A stretch of DNA of 64,000 nt from an uncultured Gammaproteobacteria bacterium (GTDB lineage Bacteria > Pseudomonadota > Gammaproteobacteria > UBA9214): the NCBI GenBank assembly GCA_963748215.1, contig CAVVHS010000007.1:288001-352000 (forward strand). Reading direction: 5' to 3'. The position numbers and the translations under genes are program-made. The notes beneath the pieces were generated by a model. That model was not told the origin of the DNA, did no database searches, and saw only the letters and a program-made list of their open reading frames with translations. Numbering within the stretch: the stretch's first letter is position 1; every line of letters starts with the position of its first letter. This document shows, one piece after another, positions 9,325 through 19,462 of the stretch.

Positions 9325-10979
9325 TACAACAGCAGCGGGATGAACACGAACAGCAGGGGCCAGTAGCTGGTGGGGGGTACCATGATTTCATAGCTGATGC
9401 CGTATGGCCCGGCGGCGGCTTGTTCATCCAGTGTTCTGGCGCGGAAGTAATAGCGTTCCGGCGTCGGGCGCGGGATCACCACGTGCGGCTCGGTGACTGT
9501 GCGTTCAATCACGATGTCGGCAAAATCCGGGTCACTTGCCAGCTGGAAGTGATAGTGTGCGGCACCTGCAACGGCTTGCCAGTGAAAGGCCATTTCATCC
9601 GTGCCGATTTGTGGCGGGGCCAGATCAGGGCCCGGCGGCAAGGGACGGAAACTGAAATTCTGCGCATCGCTGAATGGCCCCGGGCTGCTGTCACCCTGGT
9701 AAGTGGCCACGCGCCAGAAATAGTCACCCGCCGGCAGCGGTATCCCGGGCCGGAAATGCGGTTTGCGCAGGTCGGGCAGGTCGGCAAGCAGTTCCTTGAA
9801 GTGTGCATCGCGTGCCAGCTGGAAATGCCAGCCCGTATCGGCGGGTGTTGTTGACCAGGTGAAATCCGGCTGTGACTCCCGGATAAGTACGGCGTTACCC
9901 AGGCCGATCAGCAGCGGCGGTTCCGGTCGTGCATCGACCGTGAAGGCACGCATGGCGTCGAGTCCTTCCAGCCTGTCCCTGTCTATGGCGCGTACACGCA
10001 GGACGTAGTCCCCGTCGGGCAGGTCCGCCGTGGCTGATGCCTGCTGGCTGGTGTCATCCAGAAGCAGCCGGTCGAACTTGCTGCTGGGGGCGACCTGGAA
10101 GCGGTAGGCGGCGGCGTTCCCGACACTTTCCCAGGTGAACTGCAGGGGCAGCCGGTCAAGCACGGCTGGCAGGGGGGAGAGGTCCGGTGCTGGCAGGAGT
10201 TCCCGCGGCGGCTGCGGGGGCAGGCCTGCCTCGGCAAGGGTACCGAAGCCGGCCGGTACCAGCTGGTCTGCGCCGGCGCCGGATACACCGACCCGGCCTT
10301 CGATGACCTCGCTGCGTGCGACCGGTTTATCCGTATCTGCACTGACACGGAACTGTGTGCCGCGTACCGCGGCTACGGCCGCCGGGGTGATGATGTGGTA
10401 ACGGCTACCCGGCCCCTTGCCGGGTTCTACACGGGTATCAACCCGCCCACCCTGGAGGCGCACACGCGTATCGACCATGCCGGTTTCACCATAGGCGCTG
10501 AGACTGTCCATGATGACTTCACTGTTGGATAACACCAGCAGTTCGGAGCCGTCGGCAAATCGGATATTCAGGTTGCCGTCAGGGCCGGTCCTGACCGTGT
10601 CCCCGGTGTGCAAAGGGGTATCGATCGCCAGTGGCCGGCTACTGCCATCGGCAGCGCTGACCAGGTGGGCCGTGCCCTGCAGCTGTACGACCACGGCGCT
10701 GGCCGGCTGGTGTTTGAGCCAGGCGACAGGGAACTTCAGGCGACTGCCCGGTGGTATTTTCAGCGGGTCGGTAATATTGTTGTGCCGCTGCAGGGATTTC
10801 CAGTACTTCATGCTGACCAGGTGGGTTTCGCTGAGATTCCAGAGGTTGTCGCCGGGACGAACGGTATAGATCCAGTCTTCGGCTGAGGCGGCGGCGGTCA
10901 GCAGCAGCAGTACGGTGGTCAGCAGGGTGACGGTGTTTTTATGCAGCCGGTGTATGGCGCTGTTGTTTCCGGTTCTCAT
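9324..10979 (-). CDS. LysM + FecR-domain protein with beta-sandwich repeats and C-terminal anchor
   Basis: YTVRPGDNLWNL (LysM), TPAAVAAVRGTQFRV (FecR), YRFQVA/YHFQLA repeats. Confidence 0.9.
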   Translation of the reverse strand: MRTGNNSAIHRLHKNTVTLLTTVLLLLTAAASAEDWIYTVRPGDNLWNLSETHLVSMKYWKSLQRHNNITDPLKIPPGSRLKFPVAWLKHQPASAVVVQLQGTAHLVSAADGSSRPLAIDTPLHTGDTVRTGPDGNLNIRFADGSELLVLSNSEVIMDSLSAYGETGMVDTRVRLQGGRVDTRVEPGKGPGSRYHIITPAAVAAVRGTQFRVSADTDKPVARSEVIEGRVGVSGAGADQLVPAGFGTLAEAGLPPQPPRELLPAPDLSPLPAVLDRLPLQFTWESVGNAAAYRFQVAPSSKFDRLLLDDTSQQASATADLPDGDYVLRVRAIDRDRLEGLDAMRAFTVDARPEPPLLIGLGNAVLIRESQPDFTWSTTPADTGWHFQLARDAHFKELLADLPDLRKPHFRPGIPLPAGDYFWRVATYQGDSSPGPFSDAQNFSFRPLPPGPDLAPPQIGTDEMAFHWQAVAGAAHYHFQLASDPDFADIVIERTVTEPHVVIPRPTPERYYFRARTLDEQAAAGPYGISYEIMVPPTSYWPLLFVFIPLLL

Positions 10980-11019
10980 GCATTGTCTCTCACTGGCAGA
11001 GCCCTATGGATACAGGGTA

Positions 11020-11730
11020 TCAGGACGGCAATGTTTCACTGGTGACGGGTAGCGGCTCCAGGCGGTAACCATGATTGTAAACGGCATTCAGCCGTACCCC
11101 GTTGTCAGGGTTGATGCCGAGCTTGTTGCGGACCCTGCTGATATGGGTGTCGACCGTGCGCGTGCTCAGTTCGCCATTTGTGCCCCAGACATTTTCCAGG
11201 ATATAACTGCGGGACAGCAGGCGACCGGGGTTGCGAAACAGCAGCAGTGCGAGGTCGTACTCCTTGTTGGTCAGTTCCACCGTGTCTGTGCCGATCGTGA
11301 CGTTGCGATTGGTGATATCGAAATCGAACAAGCCCAGTTTCAGGTTGCTTGCCTGTCCGCTGGTCGGCTGGCTGCGGCGTTCGAGTGCCTTGATTCGTGC
11401 CAGGGTTTCATGCTGCCTGGCGGGTTTGGTCATATAGTCATCAGCGCCATGCTCCAGCGCATAGACGATGTCTTCTTCCAGGTCGCGGCTGGTCATGAAC
11501 AGGATCGGGATGTGCCAGTCGAGGTTCTCGCGCACCCAGGTCAGGACCTCCGGGCCCGTGGTATCCGGAAGGTTCCAGTCAATCACGAGCAGGTCGAAGG
11601 TCTCACGCTTGAGCATGTTCTTGAATTCACTGCCCGAGGCGAAGGCCTGGCATTCATGGCCGGCCTCCCCGAGCCATGACTGCAGCAGCTCTGCCTGGTC
11701 TGCATCGTCCTCCAGAACCGCTATGCGCAC
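11020..11730 (-). CDS. OmpR-family response regulator
   Basis: GTG start after GGAGG; RIAVLEDD, DWNLPD, GADDYMTKP, RTVDTHISRVRNKL. Confidence 0.95.
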   Translation of the reverse strand: MRIAVLEDDADQAELLQSWLGEAGHECQAFASGSEFKNMLKRETFDLLVIDWNLPDTTGPEVLTWVRENLDWHIPILFMTSRDLEEDIVYALEHGADDYMTKPARQHETLARIKALERRSQPTSGQASNLKLGLFDFDITNRNVTIGTDTVELTNKEYDLALLLFRNPGRLLSRSYILENVWGTNGELSTRTVDTHISRVRNKLGINPDNGVRLNAVYNHGYRLEPLPVTSETLPS

Positions 11731-12042
11731 AGCAACCTCCCTTCTGAGTCCTGAGGGACCACTGCAGGATATTTTCACATATACCGGCCTGAAAAAAATG
11801 AAAATTTGTGAACAATTGTGGCCGACAGGCCGGGCATGATGTTGTTTCCCGGCGCTGACAGCGCAGCCCTGACAGCCACTGCCGCCGCCTGCCGGTCGGG
11901 TCATGAGGCAGCTGGCAGGCCTGCCGGTGCACGGCATTTTCTCGCCGGGTATTTGCTGTATACAGGGCGGTACCGCCATATGTCTGACCTGTTGCTGGCG
12001 CCAGTCACCTATAATGGCGATTCACAGCAGGCTTCGATACCC

Positions 12043-12819
12043 ATGACTGAGTTCATTACACCCTCGAAAAAACTGGCATCGCTCACCGGGCGCGCTATTG
12101 CGGATTTCGACATGATTCGCGCCGGTGATCGCATCCTGCTCGGACTGTCCGGCGGCAAGGATTCGCTGTCGCTGCTGCACATCCTGCGCTATTTCCAGCG
12201 CCGGGCGCCGCTGCCGTTCGAGCTGGGCGCGATCACCGTCGATCCCATGGCCGGCGACTTCGACCCCGCGCCGATGATCCCGTACCTCGCCAGGCTGGGC
12301 GTGGAATACCACTATGTACGCAAGCCCGTCATGGACCTGGCCAAAGAACACATGGGCCGGAATTCCTACTGCGCATTCTGCTCGCGTCTCAAGCGCGGTT
12401 ACATGTACCAGACGGCGCGTGAACACGGTTTTAACGTGATCGCGCTGGCGCAGCACCTGGACGACCTGGCGGAAAGTTTTCTCATGTCGGCCTTTCACGG
12501 CGGCCGGTTGCAGACCATGAAGGCGCACTACGTCAACGACGACGGCGACCTGCGCATCATCCGCCCGCTGGTCTACGTGCGCGAGCGGCAGACGCATGAC
12601 TTCGCTGTCAACAGCGGCCTGCCGGTGATCGCCGATTCCTGTCCTGCCTGTTTCTCCATGCCGACCCAGCGCGAGCATATGAAGTCGCTGCTGGCGGCCG
12701 AGGAGGCGCGCAACAGCCTGCTGTTCAAGTCCTTGCTGACCACGCTCAAGCCCTTGATGGGCGCAGGGCTGCCGGTTGCGCCGCAGCCGGCCCGATCTGA
12801 ACGGATCCGCGAGGCATGA
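12043..12819 (+). CDS. ttcA: tRNA 2-thiocytidine(32) synthetase TtcA family
   Basis: SGGKDS PP-loop, CAFCSRLKRG, HLDDLAES, IIRPL, CPAC. Confidence 0.88.
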   Translation: MTEFITPSKKLASLTGRAIADFDMIRAGDRILLGLSGGKDSLSLLHILRYFQRRAPLPFELGAITVDPMAGDFDPAPMIPYLARLGVEYHYVRKPVMDLAKEHMGRNSYCAFCSRLKRGYMYQTAREHGFNVIALAQHLDDLAESFLMSAFHGGRLQTMKAHYVNDDGDLRIIRPLVYVRERQTHDFAVNSGLPVIADSCPACFSMPTQREHMKSLLAAEEARNSLLFKSLLTTLKPLMGAGLPVAPQPARSERIREA

Positions 12820-13160
12820 TGCAAACCCAGACCGATGCCGACGCCCTGGCACACAGCAAGGCGACCGGCGCGGTGTTCATCCTGTTCGGCGGTGCGCAGT
12901 GCCAGGTCTGTCAAACCCTGCGGCCGCAACTGGAAGCCATGCTGGAACGCGATTTTCCCGCTATGCAGGGTGTGTATGTCGATTGCGCGGCTTCACCCGC
13001 GCTTTGCGCACAGCATGGCGTGTACAGCCTGCCGGTGGTGCAGGCGTTTATCGAGGGCATGAAGGTCGCCGAGGTGGCGCGGGCGTTCGGCATGCAGCAG
13101 CTGAAGCAGCAGCTGGAGCGGCCCTATGCGATCTGGCGCGAAGGACGGACGAAGGGGTAG
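12816..13160 (+). CDS. Thioredoxin-family protein
   Basis: CQVC motif; ATGA overlap with ttcA. Confidence 0.8.
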   Translation: MMQTQTDADALAHSKATGAVFILFGGAQCQVCQTLRPQLEAMLERDFPAMQGVYVDCAASPALCAQHGVYSLPVVQAFIEGMKVAEVARAFGMQQLKQQLERPYAIWREGRTKG

Positions 13161-13326
13161 CCGGGCCGGCTGACGGCGTGCCGCTGCTGCGGTATTCGGA
13201 GCCGGTAACACGGTTGGGGATGATTGTGGTGGTTTGGCTGTTGTTTTTGATCGATAATCAGCCATATGCCGGACTTACGGCATGCGGTAAATTCACGTTA
13301 CCGGTCACGTAGCAGAGGGGAATGTC

Positions 13327-13725
13327 ATGTCAGAAAACATCACCATCCAGAATTCGAAGGCCAGGGTCTTCAACAAGATTCCCTGGACTTTCCTCATCAT
13401 CGCCTACCTGCTGGTGGTGCATTTCATGAAGCTGGAGTTGAGCGGCGTGGCCGGCTACGTGTTCATCGCCCTGGCCGTACTGATACTGTTCCTCGAATTC
13501 TTCAAATCCGGCGATATCAGCACGTCGACCTTTCTGACCGATACCGTTGCGGCCGTCATCGGTGTCGTTACGGCCACCTTCCTGCTCAGCTATATGTATT
13601 TCAAGCTCGGTCAGACACCGAACTTCTTTCACTGGTTCGGCTACGCCATCCTGATCGGTGACGCGACCATGAGTCCGTTCAATTCCTTCCGCACTGCGCT
13701 GCGCAATTTCGGCGTCGGAACCTGA
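13327..13725 (+). CDS. Hypothetical 4-TM membrane protein
   Basis: Purine-rich RBS, four hydrophobic segments, C-terminal SPFNSFRTALRNFG. Confidence 0.75.
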   Translation: MSENITIQNSKARVFNKIPWTFLIIAYLLVVHFMKLELSGVAGYVFIALAVLILFLEFFKSGDISTSTFLTDTVAAVIGVVTATFLLSYMYFKLGQTPNFFHWFGYAILIGDATMSPFNSFRTALRNFGVGT

Positions 13726-13766
13726 GAATTGCCGGCAGCCTGCTGCCGTCCGGGGTCCAGTCTCAC

Positions 13767-14189
13767 GTGCGCGAAACCATCTCCATCAACACCGGCAGTC
13801 GCGAGGAACTGGTGGATATCACCGGTCAGGTGCAGGCTGCAGTGCAGCGCAGCGGGGTGCGCAACGGCCTGGTGAGCGTGTACGCGCAGGGCGCGACCGC
13901 CGCGCTCATGATCCAGGAAAACTGGGACGACAGTGTGCAGACCGACGTGGTGCACCTGCTGCAACAGCTGATACCGCGTGGCCTGTGGCTGCACGACCGG
14001 CAGGACGGTAACGGCGATGCCCATCTCAAGTCCGGCCTGGTCGGGCCATCGGAGACAATCCCGCTGATCGATGGCAAGCTCGGCCTGTCGCGCTGGCAGA
14101 ATATCTTTTTTTGCGAGTTCGACGGACCGCGCAGCGAACGTACCGTCATCTGCACGGTCATAGCGGATAGTCCTGGCATTGCCGGCTGA
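13767..14189 (+). CDS. yjbQ: YjbQ/UPF0047 family protein
   Basis: LVDIT, IQEN.D, DGNGDAHLKSGLVG, WQNIFFCEFDGPR. Confidence 0.9.
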   Translation: MRETISINTGSREELVDITGQVQAAVQRSGVRNGLVSVYAQGATAALMIQENWDDSVQTDVVHLLQQLIPRGLWLHDRQDGNGDAHLKSGLVGPSETIPLIDGKLGLSRWQNIFFCEFDGPRSERTVICTVIADSPGIAG

Positions 14190-14227
14190 TCCGGCGCAGG
14201 TCCTGAAAAACGGTTTAACATCACCCC

Positions 14228-14665
14228 ATGCCCTTCATCGCTCACCTGCTGGTCCTGTTGCAGTTCACCGGTATCGGTGCGGCCTGTTTTCCCGTGGCAC
14301 TTGCCCCCGGCGGCAGTCCATACTGGCTGCTGTTCTGCGCGCTGGGGCTGGGTGGCGGAATCGTGACCCTGTATTACAACCGCCCGGGTAATTTCAATGT
14401 CTATCCCCTGCCGAAGCCGGATACGCGGCTGATCACCGCGGGACCGTATCGCTACGTCCGGCACCCCATGTACCTGTGCCTGATCGTCATGATGCTCGGC
14501 GTGGCGCTGTATAATTGTTCCTGGCTCAATTTCGCGGGCCTGGCGCTGGTGACCGGGGCGGTGGCGGGCAAGGCGGTGCTGGAAGAGCGCCTGCTGCTGA
14601 CGCAGTTCCCCGCATATGCAGAGTACATTCAGCGCACCCGGCGCATCATCCCGGGCGTGTTTTAG
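14228..14665 (+). CDS. Isoprenylcysteine carboxyl methyltransferase / PEMT-family membrane protein
   Basis: LITAGPYRYVRHPMY, EERLL...FPAY..Y...TRRIIP. Confidence 0.9.
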   Translation: MPFIAHLLVLLQFTGIGAACFPVALAPGGSPYWLLFCALGLGGGIVTLYYNRPGNFNVYPLPKPDTRLITAGPYRYVRHPMYLCLIVMMLGVALYNCSWLNFAGLALVTGAVAGKAVLEERLLLTQFPAYAEYIQRTRRIIPGVF

Positions 14666-14706
14666 CCGGTAGTTTCGAATACGAGTATTAAACGCGCCAG
14701 ATAATC

Positions 14707-15022
14707 GCGCAAAGGCGCAGAGATCTCAGAGACTATCATTGCGCGGTTTATTGCCGCCATGGCGCGCAACGAAAGAAAAGGACTCTACCTAAAGCGAGTG
14801 GGTAGATTACCGTTGCAGGGCCGAATTCATTCGGCCAACAGCTGGTTCATGAATGGTCGAATGAATTCGACCCTACTACACATCCTGTCCGGTTTCTCCG
14901 CGTGCCTTGCGTCTCTCGGCAATTGCTCCCTGCATTGCTCTCGGCTCTGGCCTCCTGCTTCGCTCTGCCGAGTCCATCCATGGACTCGTGCCTCCTCTAC
15001 ATGGCCCAGGCCAGCCTCTCGA
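14707..15022. repeat. Intergenic mosaic of palindromic repeats including a second REP doublet family
   Basis: GCAGGGCCGAATTCATTCGGCC...GGTCGAATGAATTCGACCCTAC (~14815-14876); GAGTCCATCCATGGACTC; CGCAGAG tract; 24-mer shared with the MITE at 36555. Confidence 0.7.
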
Positions 15023-15149
15023 TCCGGGCTATGCCCGTAAAAATGGTTTCACCTCCTCCCTGTAGCCGTGCACGAGATTACTTTTTACGAAAAAACAATG
15101 TACTTCTGTCTGCATGATTACGGCTGCAGTGGTGGACTATGTCACGCTG

Positions 15150-15914
15150 TCACAGGCTACGGGCGATGTGCTGGCCCGGTCCGGGCTGGTCGGGTTGCGA
15201 GCCGTCGAACAGCTCGTCGGGAAGTTGACTGGTGACCTCGATGCGCTCGAGGGTGGTATGCCCCATGGCGTTGCCCATGGCGTAGTGCGTCTCGCTGAAC
15301 GCGAACAACCGGTCCCCGACCTTGCGGAAATCGTCATACACAGTGGCGAACTCCATGCCGCGTTCCTGTTCCATCGACACGATGCCGCGTGATTCCAGGA
15401 TCCGGCCCGTTGCGGGATCGATCCCGGCAACCAGGCGCAGGTTGCCGTGAAACGGGAGTTCCAGGGCGCGCAGGGTGTCACCGTTGCGGGCGGTGATGAC
15501 GCCCGCATCGCGCAGCTTGTCCCGGTGATCGAGCAGGCTATTGGGCAGGCCGAGGCGCGCGGCCTGCAGCAGCATCGTGGCGTACCGGGTGCCCGAGACC
15601 GGTGCGCCCTGTTGCCAGGCCGTGGCGCCGGCCAGTACACGCAATTCCCTGTCGTTTTCACTATAGCGGATATCGATGCGCAGCCGGTCGGGGTACTGGA
15701 AGGCGCGGTGCACCCGTCCGGGCCGCTGGCGCATGGCGGAAGCGGTTGTACCGAACTGTTCAAAGGCCGTCGCCGCGGACAGGACTTCCCGGCCGCCGTA
15801 GGCCGCGGCGACCTTGTCGAGCAGGGCGCCGAGCGCGTCGGCCGCACTGGCCTGGCCGCATATGGTCAACAGTGCCAGCCACAGGACAGCAGTCGAAAGT
15901 CGCGCAAGGTTCAT
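15150..15914 (-). CDS. Hypothetical exported protein
   Basis: Signal peptide MNLARLSTAVLWLALLTICGQASA; AYGG motif; GC3-biased codons. Confidence 0.75.
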   Translation of the reverse strand: MNLARLSTAVLWLALLTICGQASAADALGALLDKVAAAYGGREVLSAATAFEQFGTTASAMRQRPGRVHRAFQYPDRLRIDIRYSENDRELRVLAGATAWQQGAPVSGTRYATMLLQAARLGLPNSLLDHRDKLRDAGVITARNGDTLRALELPFHGNLRLVAGIDPATGRILESRGIVSMEQERGMEFATVYDDFRKVGDRLFAFSETHYAMGNAMGHTTLERIEVTSQLPDELFDGSQPDQPGPGQHIARSL

Positions 15915-16150
15915 GTCATGCAAGCGCCCGGGTGGGTGAAGAGAGCGACGGGCCATGCGCGCCGCCTCGTGACAGTATAAGACAATGCGGCGATGACGTG
16001 ATGCCAGGAGCGGCCGGCGCACGCCGCAGCGCCGGTTTCCTGCCAAACGAACAACCGGTTATGACCTGGTGCTGATGGTGTGCACTTGCCGACCCATGGC
16101 GCGGCGAACGGATCGCGGCGTATACTGCGCGCATCGGCCAGGTTTACGTT

Positions 16151-16648
16151 TTGGAGGCAACCGTTGTGACGCAGAGTACTGAAAGTAACATCCTGATAAA
16201 TTCCCTGCTTGGCAAGGATCTCGATGAGGGTGAGTGCACGGTCCTGCTGGGCTTGATGGGCAAACGGCAGCTGCATGACGGCGAGGACCTGGCGAGGGAG
16301 GGCGATACCGGCAACACGCTGTTCATCCTCATCGCGGGCAAGGTCACGGTCAACAGCAAGGTCGCTGGCAAGGATGTGACGCTCTATACCCTGAAGGTGG
16401 GCGAGTGCGCAGGCACACGGGCGTTCGTGGAAGTGGCGCCGCGCCAGGCGACGTTGCGCGCCGTGGGTAATGCAACGGTGCTCACGCTGGAGCAGGGCGA
16501 TTTCGAAGCATTATTGGAGACGTATCCGCGCATCGTCTACAAGGTCATGCGCGGCCTGTTCCGACAGACGCATGCCAACCTGATGCGCATGGATGCGGAA
16601 TCGCAGCAACTGGCGAACTACATCACCAAGACCGGCGGGCGTTATTGA
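16151..16648 (+). CDS. Stand-alone cyclic-nucleotide-binding domain protein
   Basis: REGDTGNTLFILIAGKV...GECAG...PRQATLRA; no HTH seen. Confidence 0.85.
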   Translation: MEATVVTQSTESNILINSLLGKDLDEGECTVLLGLMGKRQLHDGEDLAREGDTGNTLFILIAGKVTVNSKVAGKDVTLYTLKVGECAGTRAFVEVAPRQATLRAVGNATVLTLEQGDFEALLETYPRIVYKVMRGLFRQTHANLMRMDAESQQLANYITKTGGRY

Positions 16649-16719
16649 TCGCTACAGGCGTGCGGGAACGCGCGAACCTGAATGGACACGGGAACACCCC
16701 AACCGGGGTGCGTTCTGGG

Positions 16720-17062
16720 TGAGACGTGATACGTGAAAAGAACAATGGCCACGGGAGCACACGGAAGAACACGAAAAAAATAACAATGCCGGCGTAGGGT
16801 GCGTTTTACGCACCGGGAGCGGCGCCAGGGGTGCCGCCTGCGGCTGAGGTGGGAGGTGAGGGGTGAACAGAAGAATGGCCACGGAACAACACGGAAATAA
16901 TGTAGGGTGCACTCCGTGCGCCATTGCCGGTGCGTAGAACGCACCCTGCATCGATAACGGTGATACCTGAAAGGTAAAAGGCCGGTGATATCCGCCTATA
17001 CACCGGTAAATCTGCCGCCCGGCTTTCAAAATGTTTCAAATTTCACCTTTCACGCTTCACGC
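16720..17062. repeat. Composite REP/CACGGAA/heptamer array
   Basis: REP at 16794; REP doublet 16902-16950; CACGGAA tracts; TTTCAC heptamers 17041-17062. Confidence 0.85.
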
Positions 17063-17144
17063 TCTGCCCGGGACAATCATTTCTCTGTATGACCGGTGAT
17101 CCCTGTGGCGTGCTTTCCTGCTGCATCCTGGCGTGGGACCGGGC

Positions 17145-17663
17145 CTAGCCGCCCTCGAAGGCCGCTCGCTCGTCGCGGATGTGCCGCCCGCCGCTAACCA
17201 GCCAGTCCCCGTTTTGCCTGAGCAGGTCGATCTCCACACGGTGCACATCCATGAATTGTCCGTCGCCGCCGCGCGTGGCGCCCAGCGCCGTGCCGGTGAC
17301 GCCGACCGTGGCACGGTCGCCGTCGATGCGCACGTCCGGCGCCAGCAAGCTCAATTCCAGTGACAGGAGACGGCTGCGCGCCGCGGCGATTCTCCGGGTC
17401 AGTTCCTCGCGGCTGTCGATTTCGGTAATGCCGTAATGCAGTGTGGTCAGGTCGTAACGGGTGGTCGGTGTGAACAGCGCGCCGAGCTGCCGGGCGCGGC
17501 CGATTTGCGTGACGGCGTTTTCCGGGTCGCGGACCTCGGCCAGGGCACGCACCTGATCCAGCAGGTCGAGGATGCGCTGTTCCTCGCTGTCGCGCATCAG
17601 CAGCCAGGCGCCGCCCGCAACCAGGATGAGTGCCGGTAGCCACAGCAGAATTTTCTTCATCAT
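17145..17663 (-). CDS. Membrane-anchored hypothetical protein (possible NTF2/SnoaL-like fold)
   Basis: N-terminal TM; VRIDGDRATV...LLRQNGDWLVS; ATGA overlap with the upstream gene. Confidence 0.7.
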   Translation of the reverse strand: MMKKILLWLPALILVAGGAWLLMRDSEEQRILDLLDQVRALAEVRDPENAVTQIGRARQLGALFTPTTRYDLTTLHYGITEIDSREELTRRIAAARSRLLSLELSLLAPDVRIDGDRATVGVTGTALGATRGGDGQFMDVHRVEIDLLRQNGDWLVSGGRHIRDERAAFEGG

Positions 17664-18268
17664 GATGACAGCCCCTTGCTCTGGATCAGGGTCCATTGCA
17701 TGAGCTGGGTCACCAGGGCCTCGGCGGCGCCATGCTGGCCATGTTCGCGCAACCACTCCGCCGCCCAGCGGTGACCCCAGGCGCTGGCATTGCTCTCGCT
17801 CGGGTCCTGCGCCAGCTGGCGGGTATTGGCGAGGTACAGGAACAGGGCGCGCCCCAGCGCATGCACCGTGGCGGTCAGCCGGTCGGGGTAGCTCCAGCGG
17901 CACAGCCCGCGCGTGGTGTAGCGGTCCGGGATGCTGCGGCGCCGTATCGGGCGTGGCGGTATGCGTCCCCAGTGCATTTCCTCGGCAGGGTAGCCCGGGC
18001 CCTGCCAGACATTCACCTTGATGCGATACATGTGCTGCGGCAAGGGCGGATCGGCATCGGGACTGTTTTCACGCGGGGTCCAGCAAGTGCTGAGCGTGAG
18101 CGGCGGGCACTGGCTGGCGAGCTGTGGCTGGTGCTGGGCCCGCGTCATCGGGCTGAGGCGGACCCAGTCGAGCAGGTGAATGTCGTAGCCGGAAAGCTTG
18201 CCATGGACATAGGCAATAACATCGCTGGCGCCGGTCCGGTCGGTGACGACAAATGCCGGGTACTGCAT
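17660..18268 (-). CDS. Hypothetical protein
   Basis: GAGG RBS and ATG; translationally coupled to the next gene; no recognised motif. Confidence 0.6.
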   Translation of the reverse strand: MQYPAFVVTDRTGASDVIAYVHGKLSGYDIHLLDWVRLSPMTRAQHQPQLASQCPPLTLSTCWTPRENSPDADPPLPQHMYRIKVNVWQGPGYPAEEMHWGRIPPRPIRRRSIPDRYTTRGLCRWSYPDRLTATVHALGRALFLYLANTRQLAQDPSESNASAWGHRWAAEWLREHGQHGAAEALVTQLMQWTLIQSKGLSS

Positions 18269-18425
18269 ATCCAGACCTCGTGCTGCGCACGTGACGTGCA
18301 ATCAATGAGGGTGTCGGTTGCGACTGGCTGTTAGTTTAGTACTGAACGGCGGGCATGGGTAGGCGCGGATGGGGTCCTTGAAGGAATCAGCCGCGTGATT
18401 CGGATTTTCCCGTGTCCCTGGTGGG

Positions 18426-18690
18426 GCGTGAAAGGTGAAAGGTGAAAGGTGAGTAGTGAAACGTGAAACGTGAGACGTGAAAGGCGAATGGCAAACGGTA
18501 GGAGATAACCGCCGGTATCCCGTAAATCTTCCGCACCGCTCAAATAACGTTTCACGTCTCACCGTTTGGATGTAGGGTGCGTTCTACGCACCGGCAATGG
18601 TGCACGGAGTGCACCCTACATTCTTTCCGTGTTCTTCCGCGGATTCCATGGCCATTCTCCGTCTCACGTTTTACGTCTCACGTCTCACGA
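18426..18690. repeat. Composite heptamer/REP doublet/CACGGAA array
   Basis: ~8 GTGAAAG/GTGAAAC/GTGAGAC-type heptamers; REP doublet 18572-18619; inverted TCACGTC tract. Confidence 0.88.
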
Positions 18691-18698
18691 TACCTGCC

Positions 18699-19343
18699 TT
18701 ACGGTGCGCGCCGTTCGATCTGCCAGTCGCCGTCGTCCTGAAGGGTGTAGACGAAGCGGTCATGCAGGCGGCTGTCGCGCGCCTGCCAGAATTCGATGGA
18801 GTCCGGCGTTACCCGGTAGCCGCCCCAGAACGATGGAAGCGGCACCTCGCCACGGGCGAACTTGCGCTTCATCTCGTCGACCTTGGCATCCAGCAGCGAA
18901 CGCGACGAGATCACCTGGCTCTGTGGCGATGCCCAGGCCCCGATCTGACTGCCGCGCGGGCGCGAGGCAAAGTATTTCAGCGATTCGGCGGTCGGGATCC
19001 GCGCAGCCGTACCGCTGATCTTGACCTGCCTGCCGAGCGCTACCCACGGGAACAGCAGGGCCACCTTCGGATTGCCCTCGATCTGGCGCGCCTTGTCGCT
19101 TTCGTAATTGGTGAAGAACACGAATCCCTGCATGTCATAGACCTTCAGTAGCACGGTGCGCACCCAGGGCTGGCCATGCGCGTCGACCGTGGCGATGGTC
19201 ATGGCATTGGGTTCGGCGATACCGGAGTCGATTACCTGCTTGAACCACAGCTCGAACTGATGGAAAGGGTCGGGGTTCAGTTCGCTGCCTGACAGGCCGT
19301 GCTCCATCCACTGGTCGCGAAGATCATCGGGGTTTGCTGGCAT
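18699..19343 (-). CDS. pdxH: Pyridoxamine 5'-phosphate oxidase
   Basis: EPNAM, RTVLLK, FFTNYES.K, SRPRGSQIGAWASPQS, EFWQ...RLHDR. Confidence 0.97.
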   Translation of the reverse strand: MPANPDDLRDQWMEHGLSGSELNPDPFHQFELWFKQVIDSGIAEPNAMTIATVDAHGQPWVRTVLLKVYDMQGFVFFTNYESDKARQIEGNPKVALLFPWVALGRQVKISGTAARIPTAESLKYFASRPRGSQIGAWASPQSQVISSRSLLDAKVDEMKRKFARGEVPLPSFWGGYRVTPDSIEFWQARDSRLHDRFVYTLQDDGDWQIERRAP

Positions 19344-19462
19344 CGCGGATTCTCACTGTCTGTGCCCGGGAGGGTTAACGATATAGGGCCAGGGCCCGGG
19401 AATAAAGGGCGGCCGCCCCGTCCCGGCAGTCCGGCCATGCGGATTGGTAGTAATATCCCGCC

